A stretch of DNA of 58,340 nucleotides from assembly GCA_035583355.1 (NCBI GenBank), contig DATEZQ010000004.1:1-58340 (forward strand), read 5' to 3'. Source of the stretch: Minisyncoccota bacterium. Its GTDB lineage: Bacteria > Patescibacteriota > Minisyncoccia > Phycocordibacterales > UBA6899. The translations under genes and the position numbers were made by a program. The notes under the pieces are model-generated. The model worked only from the letters and a program-made list of their open reading frames with translations. It did no database searches and had not been told where the DNA came from. Shown here in pieces: positions 25,240 through 34,012 of this stretch (the stretch's first letter is position 1; every line of letters starts with the position of its first letter).

Positions 25240-26772
25240 TTATGCAAATCCTGGAAAGAAATCAACAATGATGCGCTTTGCGATGACACCCATCTGCTTG
25301 AGTGTCTGTTCAAATACATTCACCATTCCGTGTGGACCTGAAATATAATACGTTCGATCTTTATAGTCGGGAACATACTTCGTGATCATTGCGGCATCAC
25401 AAGGTCCACACTCGGCCCATGCATTACCCTCAGCTGCACCTGGATCGGTGAGTACGATGACCACACGGATGCCAAGTTTATACTTCGCCTCCTCAAGAAC
25501 ATCTTTATATGCGACTTCATCTGCAACCTTGTTCAGGTAGAAGACAACGATATCGCGCTGTTCATTCATATCAACGAGATACTTGAGCATGCTGCGGAAC
25601 GGTGTGATGCCGATACCCCCCGCGATGAAGACGAGTTTCTCACTCTTGTCTTTAGGGAGCACGAAGTCTCCAGCCACCTGAGATGCAGTCATCATGTCTC
25701 CTTCTTTCATAAGCAGTAATGCTTTCTTGTATGTACTTCCCGACTCGAAACTCTTGATACCCAAGAGGAAATCTTTTTCTGTCGGCGAAGATGCGATTGT
25801 GAAATAGCGACGACTCCCACGCGTATCACTCCCCTCATGTGGGAGCGTCCACTCCATATACTGGCCTGGCACAAACTTCGGAGTCACATCAGGACTGAAT
25901 ATAAGTTCAAATGTATGCTGCGCGAGTTCCTTCGTCGCCTTGAGTGAAAGCATCACACGATCACGCGCAGTAATACTGAATGCGAAGATATTTCCCAGCA
26001 CGAGCGCGAGTTCTGGTGTTCCATAGATACCGAAGAGGTGCGCTGCGGGAACTGCGAGACTTCCAACAAGGGCACCATAGAACACGCGCGGTATCTTCCT
26101 CGTCGGCGCAGTAAGCGGCTCAGTGAGCATAACAAAACCAAGAAAGAAAATGGGTGAGCGCAATATAACATTCACAAATGTCGTAAGGATATTCCCCCCA
26201 CTGATGACAATGTGAAGAATAGAGAAAAATGTAAATGCACCGAAAAAGGCATAGAGCATATCCGCTCTACGCAATTTACGAACGATCAAGAGACCTCCAA
26301 AAAATACAAACGGAAAAAGCATGGGTGTTCCAGCGACCCACCAATCAGTAATATGACCTGCCGCAAACGACATGATGACTGCAGCAATCGCCACGGGATT
26401 GAACACATGCTGCTTTCGATAAGCGAAAATATACTTTGAGGCCATCGCAATCACTGCAGACCAAAAATACATCCCGAACATCACTCCTGGTGACCCTGGA
26501 GTAATAAGTAATGTCAAAATCAACGCAGTGATATAGACGGACTCGACATTCGTCGGTGCACTGAATACTCTTGAAAAGATTGCATTCGTGAGCCATGACA
26601 CCGCAGTGATGAATGCAGCCTCCGCTAGTAGATAGATGGGGTTATAATCGATTACCTTGAATATACTAAGGAGCAACGCGACAGCGAAAAGCCCGAGAAG
26701 ATAATAGAGCACAACCCGATACATCGTGAATCGGTTGAGCACAGTATCGATATATTTCATTAAAAAATTCAT
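25240..26772 (-). CDS. Fusion of an NqrB/RnfD-like membrane domain with an FNR-type FAD/NAD(P)H oxidoreductase domain
   Basis: The N-terminal ~240 aa are polytopic with HVFNPVAIAA (NqrB/RnfD-like). The C-terminal part has RRYFTIASSP (RxY[ST] FAD site) and GGIGITPFRSML (NAD(P)H site). The start overlaps the apbE stop (TAATG). Confidence 0.65.
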   Translation of the reverse strand: MNFLMKYIDTVLNRFTMYRVVLYYLLGLFAVALLLSIFKVIDYNPIYLLAEAAFITAVSWLTNAIFSRVFSAPTNVESVYITALILTLLITPGSPGVMFGMYFWSAVIAMASKYIFAYRKQHVFNPVAIAAVIMSFAAGHITDWWVAGTPMLFPFVFFGGLLIVRKLRRADMLYAFFGAFTFFSILHIVISGGNILTTFVNVILRSPIFFLGFVMLTEPLTAPTRKIPRVFYGALVGSLAVPAAHLFGIYGTPELALVLGNIFAFSITARDRVMLSLKATKELAQHTFELIFSPDVTPKFVPGQYMEWTLPHEGSDTRGSRRYFTIASSPTEKDFLLGIKSFESGSTYKKALLLMKEGDMMTASQVAGDFVLPKDKSEKLVFIAGGIGITPFRSMLKYLVDMNEQRDIVVFYLNKVADEVAYKDVLEEAKYKLGIRVVIVLTDPGAAEGNAWAECGPCDAAMITKYVPDYKDRTYYISGPHGMVNVFEQTLKQMGVIAKRIIVDFFPGFA

Positions 26773-27515
26773 TAGATTATGTATTTAGCAAATCCAGTAG
26801 TCATCATCGCCATTCCATTACTACCGACGAGATATCCTTCGACACCATCGATATATTCGAGAAAATATATCCCCTCCTCACCCATGGCATAGCATGCGGT
26901 CGCAAGACGATCAGCCTCATAAACATTCGGACCAATGACCGTAAGGCCGACGATTTTTTCTATCTTGTCCGTCCAGTTCTTTGGATTATAGATATGATTA
27001 CCTCGCTGATAGATTCCCGATGTTGCGATACCCTTATCGGTGATTGCAACTCGTTTAATAATCTCGGCAAGATTGAATGGGTTCTGTATTCCAATCACCC
27101 AATCAGTACCGTCCCCATTATGACCCGATACTTCCATGTCTCCCGCAATCTCAACGCAGTAATTCTTATATCCCCGCTTCTTGAGTATCTGGGCGCCACG
27201 GTGCACCGCGAGACCCTTCACAAGACCCGATGGATTATAAGTTCCATCGGGCTGCTTGATATCGAAAAATCCATCAGTCTCTTCTTTGGTCTTCGCGCAA
27301 AGCGCAAAGACCTCGATCATCTCACTTGTCGCATCTTTCAATTTCAGCTCCCCCCTATTAATCGCTGAGAGTTGACTTGTTGGTTTGAAATAACTGAACG
27401 TATCATCAATATGTTTGAAATAATCAAAGACCGCTTCAATGTCTTTAACATCTGCGTTTGCATCAACTATTTCAACAATGCAAGGCATCGTCATGTAGGT
27501 ACGTTCGAATTTCAT
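26772..27515 (-). CDS. apbE: FAD:protein FMN transferase (ApbE family), short form with no signal peptide
   Basis: ApbE-typical blocks (TFSYFKPTSQLSAINRG; GLVKGLAV; IATSGIYQRG). 247 aa. The N-terminus MKFERTYMTMPCIVEI is not hydrophobic. Confidence 0.8.
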   Translation of the reverse strand: MKFERTYMTMPCIVEIVDANADVKDIEAVFDYFKHIDDTFSYFKPTSQLSAINRGELKLKDATSEMIEVFALCAKTKEETDGFFDIKQPDGTYNPSGLVKGLAVHRGAQILKKRGYKNYCVEIAGDMEVSGHNGDGTDWVIGIQNPFNLAEIIKRVAITDKGIATSGIYQRGNHIYNPKNWTDKIEKIVGLTVIGPNVYEADRLATACYAMGEEGIYFLEYIDGVEGYLVGSNGMAMMTTGFAKYII

Positions 27516-27518
27516 ATG

Positions 27519-28088
27519 TTAGGCTTTTGCCTGAGCGAGTGCTGATGCAAGAGAATCCACGAAGCCCCCACTCGTCGCTGACGCACCAGAAACTCGGTCG
27601 ACTTGTGCATCTTGCGCAACAATCGCTTCTTGCGTAAGGATAGGTCGGGCGCGTGCGCTCTTGCCTGCTGATGTCGGATTATCATTTGGATAACTGAGCC
27701 ATACGACATCGACAAGTTTCCCATTCTTCACGACTGCGCGCACTTGTACAAGTCCATAATAGACGTCAGCAATGTCTCCATCATAAGACCCATCTCTAAA
27801 CTTCCCAGCAATCGCAGGTGTGGGGGTCGGAGTTGCGGGAACCGGAGCGGGTTTTGGTGTCTTCCCTTCGGGAGCGACCGTGGATTTCGGTGCGGTTACC
27901 GGTACCTGCGCAACGGGGGTTGGCTGCACAAAATCTCCTACGCTTACGGGCTTCCCGGGCTCCATATCATCCGCATTCGGAACGAGCACCGTATCAATAG
28001 GTGGTAATACAGAATTTGATTGCCTTTCGTATAATGCAAACCCTGCGAAAGAAAGAATCGTGAATATTGAAAGTAGGTATTTTTTCAT
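27519..28088 (-). CDS. Exported FMN-binding domain protein (flavinylation substrate)
   Basis: Signal/anchor MKKYLLSIFTILSFAGFALY, a Pro-rich linker, and an FMN_bind domain with the flavinylation motif DRVSGAS (Dxx[ST]GA[ST]). Confidence 0.75.
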   Translation of the reverse strand: MKKYLLSIFTILSFAGFALYERQSNSVLPPIDTVLVPNADDMEPGKPVSVGDFVQPTPVAQVPVTAPKSTVAPEGKTPKPAPVPATPTPTPAIAGKFRDGSYDGDIADVYYGLVQVRAVVKNGKLVDVVWLSYPNDNPTSAGKSARARPILTQEAIVAQDAQVDRVSGASATSGGFVDSLASALAQAKA

Positions 28089-28108
28089 GAAAACAAAAGG
28101 GTATTAAT

Positions 28109-28738
28109 TTAATCATCATCCTCCCACTCATCATCGTCATCATCACGTGAAATATTTGCTCGCTGCGGTAATAGCTTCGGCACATATTTCGTCGTCGTTG
28201 ACTGAATGGTTGTCGGTGCAGGAGTTTCGGGCGTTTGAGAAATACCAGTTGGACTTTGCACATTTAATATTGTGCCTTTTTGGCCTTTCTCCGCAGGAAG
28301 TATATCAGCATGCTCACCCTGAGCGCTTCCCGATAAAGGTAATGCTCCGTAGAGAATGGAAAGGGATGAGTTTTGCTTAAGATTATCACTCAATGTCTTT
28401 GCGACAGATCGAGCATCCTTAAAATCACTTGTGTTATTCAGCGCAAGAATTGCAGCATTTACCTTACTAATCTCACTTTCAAAAGCAGACTTCGTAAACT
28501 CTTGCGTCTTACCATCGAGCTTTCCCAGACTTTTCAGTTGTTCAATTTCGCGCAGGCGCTCAAGTGCATGGCTAACGTATACGGCACTTTCTGCTTTTGG
28601 ACCGAATGCAAGTGCTTCCTCGACGGGTTCAGTTACGGAAGTTTTCACACTATAAAGAGCGTCTCCTGGAAGCGCGCTTTTCGATGCATATCCGACACCA
28701 CCAGTAAGCGCGAGAATGATAAGTACAATGATTGGCAT
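28109..28738 (-). CDS. Exported helical protein with poly-acidic C-terminus, unknown function
   Basis: N-terminal anchor MPIIVLIILALTGGVGYA and a C-terminal DDDDDEWEDDD. First gene of the same-strand run with the flavinylation genes. Confidence 0.5.
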   Translation of the reverse strand: MPIIVLIILALTGGVGYASKSALPGDALYSVKTSVTEPVEEALAFGPKAESAVYVSHALERLREIEQLKSLGKLDGKTQEFTKSAFESEISKVNAAILALNNTSDFKDARSVAKTLSDNLKQNSSLSILYGALPLSGSAQGEHADILPAEKGQKGTILNVQSPTGISQTPETPAPTTIQSTTTKYVPKLLPQRANISRDDDDDEWEDDD

Positions 28739-29146
28739 ATTATAGAAAGATGACCCAAAATAGGTCTACCTTATTATACTATGACAAATAGATGAAGAAT
28801 TTGTGACATTACTAAATGGATAGATTGCAAATTTTTAATTTTCTCCCTATATATACTGCTCTCTAAGAAATTGACATTCATTGCAATCGTGTTACAGTTT
28901 TTCAGCTCCCTACCTCCCCTTACTCCAACAACTCTCAAAAAGTAGCGTCTATGCGGGCGTCATCACTCTTGTCATCGTTGTTATCTTCGCTGCCCTGAGC
29001 TACTCCATCGGCCAGTGCAACCACTCGTAGAAATAGTATCCGTGTCGCTTCCGTCATCATCTCCTGTTTTTCGGCGTGCTCGAAGTTCAAGATGGTTTCG
29101 CTTTCGGTATTTTCCTCAGCACCTTCAAGCGGAAGGCGGCACGAAC

Positions 29147-29173
29147 AAAACGACCCCTCATGGGGTCGTTTTT
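29147..29173. terminator. Bidirectional-type terminator after mscL
   Basis: aaaacgacccc-tcat-ggggtcgtttt. Confidence 0.8.
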
Positions 29174-29182
29174 CTAAAGTTA

Positions 29183-29581
29183 CTATTGCGGCTGCGCACA
29201 ATGACTACAGCGCTTCGCTCCGAGAGGAATCTCACTCAGACACTCAGTACACTTCTTTGTCGTCGGGTCTGCAGGTGCATCTTTACGCGTACGCATGATG
29301 AGATGATTCATCGGCCTTACCACGAAGAAAAATACCGCAGAAGCGACCAAGAGGAATGAAACGAGCGCATTCAGAAAGTGCCCAACTGCAAATTTGCTTC
29401 CATTGATCGTGAACGCGAGCCCAGAAAAGTCAGGCACCTTTGCGATGGCCGCAATGAGCGGCGTCAGAATATCAGCGACCAGTGCAGTCACTATCGTACC
29501 AAATGCAGCACCAACTACGACACCAACTGCAAGATCGACAACGTTCCCGCGAAGGAGAAACTGTTTGAATTCTTTAAGCAT
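29183..29581 (-). CDS. mscL: Large-conductance mechanosensitive channel with C-terminal CxxC...CxxC tail
   Basis: MLKEFKQFLLRGNVVDLAVGVVVGAAFG is the canonical MscL N-terminus. The tail is KKCTECLSEIPLGAKRCSHC. Confidence 0.85.
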   Translation of the reverse strand: MLKEFKQFLLRGNVVDLAVGVVVGAAFGTIVTALVADILTPLIAAIAKVPDFSGLAFTINGSKFAVGHFLNALVSFLLVASAVFFFVVRPMNHLIMRTRKDAPADPTTKKCTECLSEIPLGAKRCSHCAQPQ

Positions 29582-29585
29582 ATGG

Positions 29586-29999
29586 TTATAGAGTATTCCC
29601 CCTTATATCCTTTTGCAAGTGTGCAGCATGCTCGTCCCACGGAATGAACTTCAACGATACCGAGTTCACACAGTGACGCACATTCTTCGGAGTCATCTGC
29701 TCATTGATAAATACATGTCCGAGATGTGCTCCACATTTTGCACAAACGATTTCCGTGCGCTCGCCATCAGGGTCAGGATTATGAATCACTGCACCTGGTA
29801 TTTCCGCATCGAATGCAGGCCAACCACATCCCGCTTCGAATTTATCTTCGGAACGATAAAGTGGTGTCTCGCACTGACGACAAACATATGTGCCACCTTC
29901 AAAGAATTTGTCATATTTTCCTGTAAACGGAGACTCCGTCCCCTTCTCGATGATCACATGACGCTCTTCTGGTGTGAGCGGATTGAGTTTCATTTCCAT
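29586..29999 (-). CDS. msrB: Peptide-methionine (R)-S-oxide reductase
   Basis: CRQC...CAKCGAHLGHVF zinc and catalytic motifs, plus GCGWPAF. Confidence 0.9.
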   Translation of the reverse strand: MEMKLNPLTPEERHVIIEKGTESPFTGKYDKFFEGGTYVCRQCETPLYRSEDKFEAGCGWPAFDAEIPGAVIHNPDPDGERTEIVCAKCGAHLGHVFINEQMTPKNVRHCVNSVSLKFIPWDEHAAHLQKDIRGNTL

Positions 30000-30001
30000 A
30001 T

Positions 30002-30487
30002 TTAGAGATAACTTTCAAAGCGAATAAAATGACAAGTGTAACCATCAGGATTCTTCTGCAAATAATCCTGGTGGTAGTCTTCAGCGACGTAGAACTTCGT
30101 GAATGGTTCAAGAGTCGTCACGACGGGATCCTTCCATCGACCTGACTTATTTACAAGCATAATGAAATCTTCTGCTTCCTTCTTCTCTGCATCATCCGCA
30201 TAGAATATAGCCGAGCGATATGATGTCCCCACATCACCTCCCTGCCGATTCAGTGTTGTTGGGTCGTGAATCTGAAAGAAGAAATCGAGTAGCTGTTTAT
30301 ACGAGGTCTTTGTATCATCATAGGAAATACGCACCGCCTCAGCATGGCCTGTATGCTTCTCATAGGTCGGATCGATCTCGGAGCCACCAGTATAACCAAC
30401 CTCAGTACCCACAACACCCTCACGCTTGCGAATAAGTTCTTCCATGCCCCAAAAGCATCCTCCCGAAAATACAGCTTGCTTTATCAT
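30002..30487 (-). CDS. msrA: Peptide-methionine (S)-S-oxide reductase
   Basis: GGCFWGME active site. ATG 30487 is preferred over the track start (TTG 30523) because TGCTATACT lies 6 nt upstream. Confidence 0.9.
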   Translation of the reverse strand: MIKQAVFSGGCFWGMEELIRKREGVVGTEVGYTGGSEIDPTYEKHTGHAEAVRISYDDTKTSYKQLLDFFFQIHDPTTLNRQGGDVGTSYRSAIFYADDAEKKEAEDFIMLVNKSGRWKDPVVTTLEPFTKFYVAEDYHQDYLQKNPDGYTCHFIRFESYL

Positions 30488-30493
30488 ATATAA

Positions 30494-30502
30494 AGTATAG
30501 CA
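30494..30502 (-). promoter_or_regulatory. Extended -10 TGCTATACT, 6 nt before ATG 30487 (leaderless msrA-msrB-mscL operon)
   Basis: The minus strand reads aaTGCTATACT-ttatat-ATG. Confidence 0.65.
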
Positions 30503-30637
30503 TTGGAAATGGTCTAATAACAAAAAAGATGAGGAATAACAACACCTTTCCTATTGCGTATTTCAATATTGCGTGTTATAGTATCCCCCGAACAACAAGA
30601 TAACCTTGTTTGCTCTTTCCCCAATAAGGAGTCCCTA

Positions 30638-31825
30638 GTGGAAAACAAAGTTCGCGCCCTCGAACTCGCAAAAAAGATGGATTTCCAGCGTATTCAAAAA
30701 TTCGCAGAAAACCAGCAGACCCCATGCCTCATCATCGATCTCAAGCGCATCAATGAAGCCTACGACCGGCTCGTGAGCTCCATGCCCGGCACTCGGATCT
30801 TCTACGCCATCAAGGCGTGCCCGATGGACGAAGTGATCACCACGATTTACGGGCGCGGCTCGAACTTCGATGTCGCCTCTCGGCCCGAGATCGAGCAACT
30901 GCTCCGTCTCGGCATCCCCGGCAGCCGAATCAGCTACGGCAATCCGATCAAGACGCGTGAGGAAATCACGTTTGCCTTCGAGAGCGGCGTCAAGCTTTAC
31001 ACCTGCGACTCCTACGAGGACCTCATGGATATGGCCGAGTGTGCTCCTGGCGCGCTCATCAACTTCCGGATCCTCCTCGATGGCGAAGGTGCCGACTGGC
31101 CCCTCTCACGTAAGTTCGGTTGCCACCCCGGCATGGCCTTCCGCCTCGCGATCAAAGCGAGGGAGCTCGGCCTCGTGCCGTACGGCATTGCATTCCATGT
31201 CGGCTCACAGCAACGCGATATCGGCCAGTGGGATACGGCGCTCACTCAAGTGAAAAGCCTGTTTGACGCGCTCGCGAAGGAGCAGGACATCCACCTCAAG
31301 TGCATCAACATCGGTGGCGGATTCCCTGCCCAGTACCTGAAGCCCACGCACTCGCAAGAGAAGTATGGCTCGTCCGTCATGGACTACCTGCGCGATGACT
31401 TCAACATCGAAGACCTCGACATCATCGTCGAGCCTGGCCGCTCGCTCGCAGGCGATGCGGGTGTCATCTGCACCAAAGTCAAACGCGTCAGCAAGAAGTC
31501 CGTCAACGACGACGTCCGCTGGCTCTTCCTCGACATCGGCCGCTTCGGTGGACTCGCAGAGACGGAGGGCGAAGCTATTCGCTACCCGATTCACTATCCC
31601 GACTACGCACACGAAAGTGGTGAAGACTGGGATGATGTGATTATCGCAGGCCCGACCTGCGATTCCGCGGACATCATGTACCAGAAGGAGCTCTACGCAG
31701 CGCCTGCCGGCCTCAAGCAAGGAGACTTCGTCTACCTGCTCTCAACCGGCGCGTACACCTCAAGCTACAGTGCGGTGTGCTTTAACGGCTTTCCGCCACT
31801 TACCACTAAGGTCCTCGCGGACTAA
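30638..31825 (+). CDS. PLP-dependent ornithine/lysine decarboxylase (Orn/DAP/Arg decarboxylase family 2)
   Basis: YAIKACP (PLP Lys), FDVAS, GGGFP and CDSAD motifs. AAGGAG lies 6 nt before GTG 30638; the track ORF starts at 30554. Strongly GC3-rich. Confidence 0.8.
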   Translation: MENKVRALELAKKMDFQRIQKFAENQQTPCLIIDLKRINEAYDRLVSSMPGTRIFYAIKACPMDEVITTIYGRGSNFDVASRPEIEQLLRLGIPGSRISYGNPIKTREEITFAFESGVKLYTCDSYEDLMDMAECAPGALINFRILLDGEGADWPLSRKFGCHPGMAFRLAIKARELGLVPYGIAFHVGSQQRDIGQWDTALTQVKSLFDALAKEQDIHLKCINIGGGFPAQYLKPTHSQEKYGSSVMDYLRDDFNIEDLDIIVEPGRSLAGDAGVICTKVKRVSKKSVNDDVRWLFLDIGRFGGLAETEGEAIRYPIHYPDYAHESGEDWDDVIIAGPTCDSADIMYQKELYAAPAGLKQGDFVYLLSTGAYTSSYSAVCFNGFPPLTTKVLAD

Positions 31826-31837
31826 TAGAATAAAATC

Positions 31838-31868
31838 CCCGCAGCTTCGGCTGCGGGTTTTCTTTTTT
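31838..31868 (+). terminator. Intrinsic terminator
   Basis: cccgcagc-ttcg-gctgcggg then TTTTCTTTTTT. Confidence 0.85.
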
Positions 31869-31877
31869 GTGCAAAGT

Positions 31878-31900
31878 AAAATGGGGTCAGACCCCATTTT
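31878..31900 (-). terminator. Intrinsic terminator after uppP
   Basis: aaaatggggt-cag-accccatttt. It overlaps the uppP stop codon. Confidence 0.75.
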
Positions 31901-32675
31901 ATAATATGATGAACCAGAAGAGTATGGCAGCGACGATGCGATACACGCCGAATGAAATAAACGTATGCTTCTGTATATAACTGAGCAAGAACTTAATGCT
32001 GAAATATGCGACAACAAATGAGGTAACGAAGCCGATGGCGAGTGTACCGAATTGATTCGACGAGAAGGCTGATGCATTTTTAAGGAGATCGAGCCCTGTT
32101 GCGGCAAGCATCGTCGGCACTGCGAGGAGGAATGAAAATTCGACTATCGTTGTGCGCTTGAGCCCGAGTAGGAGTCCACCCACAACAGTGGCAGCCGAAC
32201 GAGATACTCCTGGTACAATCGCGAGCGTCTGGAAGAGTCCTATAGAAAATGCTTGCTTATACGAAATCGATTCGATATCCACAGTCGCACCTTCCGGCTC
32301 TTTATGCCAAAGTTCAAAAGCGATGAGTGCGATACCGCCAATAAGGAGGGCAGCGAGTACAACATAATGATTGCCAAGCAAATATCCTTTGATGACCTTG
32401 TAGAGTGTCAGGCCAATGATACCTGTCGGAATGAAGGCCACGACAAGCTTCTTAATGACAGCAATATTCCAGAGCTTATGCCAGTAGATTGCGACGACGG
32501 ACAAGATTGCTCCGAGCTGAATGATGATATCGAAACTCTTTTGGAATTCGGTCGCAGGAATCTTAAGCAGCTCCCCCGCGAGGAGCAGATGCCCTGTAGA
32601 AGAGATTGGTAAGAATTCAGTGATACCCTCGACGATTCCAAGTATGAGTGCATGCAATGTAACCATATTCTGCAT
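31899..32675 (-). CDS. uppP: Undecaprenyl-diphosphate phosphatase
   Basis: GIVEGITEFLPISSTGHL signature and a polytopic membrane protein. The track ORF extends to 32714. Confidence 0.85.
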   Translation of the reverse strand: MQNMVTLHALILGIVEGITEFLPISSTGHLLLAGELLKIPATEFQKSFDIIIQLGAILSVVAIYWHKLWNIAVIKKLVVAFIPTGIIGLTLYKVIKGYLLGNHYVVLAALLIGGIALIAFELWHKEPEGATVDIESISYKQAFSIGLFQTLAIVPGVSRSAATVVGGLLLGLKRTTIVEFSFLLAVPTMLAATGLDLLKNASAFSSNQFGTLAIGFVTSFVVAYFSIKFLLSYIQKHTFISFGVYRIVAAILFWFIIL

Positions 32676-32737
32676 TGTAGCATGCACCCAAAAAGAATAA
32701 AAATTCCAGAGCATCGGCCCTCAAAAACATGAACTTC

Positions 32738-32746
32738 TGATATAAT
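32738..32746 (+). promoter_or_regulatory. Extended -10 TGATATAAT, 8 nt before ATG 32755
   Basis: cTGATATAATtgtgcaatATG. Confidence 0.55.
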
Positions 32747-32754
32747 TGTGCAAT

Positions 32755-33105
32755 ATGAATAATCTGCTTATATATTTCATTACAGGAGGTCTTTTTACGA
32801 CACTCATTATTGCTCTTGAGGAAAGTGGCTCGCGCACACTCTCTGGCTTCATGGCTTTAATTCCTGTATTCACCCTTGTCTCATACATCTTTATAGGACC
32901 ATCACAGGGTGGTTTTGCAGTCAGTCAACATGCAAAATTTGTGCTCTTTGGCACTTTTGCAGCGTGGGTGCCCTATATGATCGCAGTTATATATCTTGCG
33001 CCAAAACTAGGAGCACTAAAAGCAACCGTAGTGGGAATGTTGTTATTCTTTGTTCTCGCAGGTATTTACATCTATTTTATTAATCGATTTGGATTCTTTC
33101 AATAA
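32755..33105 (+). CDS. Small integral membrane protein (GlpM/DUF3147-like, tentative)
   Basis: 116 aa with four hydrophobic helices. The track ORF uses TTG 32746. Confidence 0.5.
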   Translation: MNNLLIYFITGGLFTTLIIALEESGSRTLSGFMALIPVFTLVSYIFIGPSQGGFAVSQHAKFVLFGTFAAWVPYMIAVIYLAPKLGALKATVVGMLLFFVLAGIYIYFINRFGFFQ

Positions 33106-33129
33106 AAAACGGGACTGAACCCCGTTTTT
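33105..33129 (+). terminator. Intrinsic terminator
   Basis: aaaaacggg-actgaac-cccgttttt. Confidence 0.7.
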
Positions 33130-33169
33130 ATTTATAGCTATACCACAACAATCTCCATCTCACATTGCA

Positions 33170-33547
33170 CTACATACCAACTGGCGCATCATGGAGCTTG
33201 TGATAGCTCACATACGATGCGACGAGGAGTCCGAGGAAAATAAGTGGGAAGAATGCACCGAAGCCGAGACCATCGACCACTGCAATACTGACCGATGCGG
33301 AGATGAAGTCGATACCGAATCCCGCATATGCCCATTCCTTCACCCTCCCCGGAACCTGCGGAATGATGAGTGCGAGCGTGCCCAGCACCTTAAAGACGCC
33401 GATAAGCGTCACGAAGTAAACCGGATAGCCAAGATGTGTTACGCCATCAATCGCCATCTGCGTTTGCGAAGTGAGTGCGGTCATCACCCCCTCGAAGAGG
33501 AAGATAATACTTGTAGTGGTCCAGAATATAATTTTGAATTTTTTCAT
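33170..33547 (-). CDS. DoxX-like membrane protein
   Basis: 125 aa, four TM helices, with the GVFKVLGTLALIIP and EWAYAGF blocks typical of DoxX-type proteins. Confidence 0.6.
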   Translation of the reverse strand: MKKFKIIFWTTTSIIFLFEGVMTALTSQTQMAIDGVTHLGYPVYFVTLIGVFKVLGTLALIIPQVPGRVKEWAYAGFGIDFISASVSIAVVDGLGFGAFFPLIFLGLLVASYVSYHKLHDAPVGM

Positions 33548-33567
33548 ACTATCAAATTATAGCAGAT

Positions 33568-33593
33568 AAAAAGCCCCCGAGTGGGGGCTTTTT
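33568..33593 (-). terminator. Intrinsic terminator
   Basis: aaaaagccccc-gagt-gggggcttttt. Confidence 0.8.
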
Positions 33594-33926
33594 CTATCGA
33601 TCAGGACGGTCGAGATTGTCGAGGCGGATTGCTTCGAGGAGGATGAACAATGCGTTACGTGTACGCAGTGAGTGCCCACCACCTTCATAGCTGCGGAAGC
33701 GGAGCGAGGGTGAGACCTCTTCTTCATCACCCGTGATGGAGATGACCATATCTGCATTCGGAAGAAAGTGCACATGGAGTTCCCCCTGCCCTGTGCCACC
33801 GTGTTCATCATGCAGGCGATGCACAGTGCGCTCACCGCTGAGTTCGAGCATGCCGAATTCCGAGTCGAGCAGTGCCCTGATGGTGTCTGGGATCTTACTG
33901 AGAGGAATTGTTTTCCGTGCCCGCAT
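33594..33926 (-). CDS. Hypothetical protein (110 aa)
   Basis: Bounded by a terminator. G+C above background. No motif recognised. A second same-strand frame (33557..33982) looks like a shadow ORF. Confidence 0.4.
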   Translation of the reverse strand: MRARKTIPLSKIPDTIRALLDSEFGMLELSGERTVHRLHDEHGGTGQGELHVHFLPNADMVISITGDEEEVSPSLRFRSYEGGGHSLRTRNALFILLEAIRLDNLDRPDR

Positions 33927-34000
33927 GGGTGCTCCTCATGAATGATCTGGGGTGATACTACAGGAAATGAGCAAGCAAGCAAGTACTATATTTTTTATAG

Positions 34001-34006
34001 TATACT
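34001..34006 (+). promoter_or_regulatory. -10 TATACT, 6 nt before ATG 34013 (leaderless)
   Basis: tagTATACTtaaaccATG. Confidence 0.5.
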
Positions 34007-34012
34007 TAAACC

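Noticed and set aside
28935-29201. 88-aa minus-strand ORF downstream of mscL
   Set aside because: Its 5' part overlaps the mscL 3' end and the terminator hairpin. The remaining 41 codons (from ATG 29060, GGAG directly abutting) are acidic, featureless and unsupported.
30635-31720. Five 77-171-aa ORFs on both strands over the decarboxylase gene
   Set aside because: They are shadow ORFs caused by the high GC3 of the real gene. Their translations are Arg/Ala/Ser-rich and lack motifs.
33557-33982. 141-aa minus-strand ORF overlapping 33594..33926 in another frame
   Set aside because: It is Cys/Ser/His-rich, runs through the terminator hairpin at 33568-33593, and looks like a shadow ORF.
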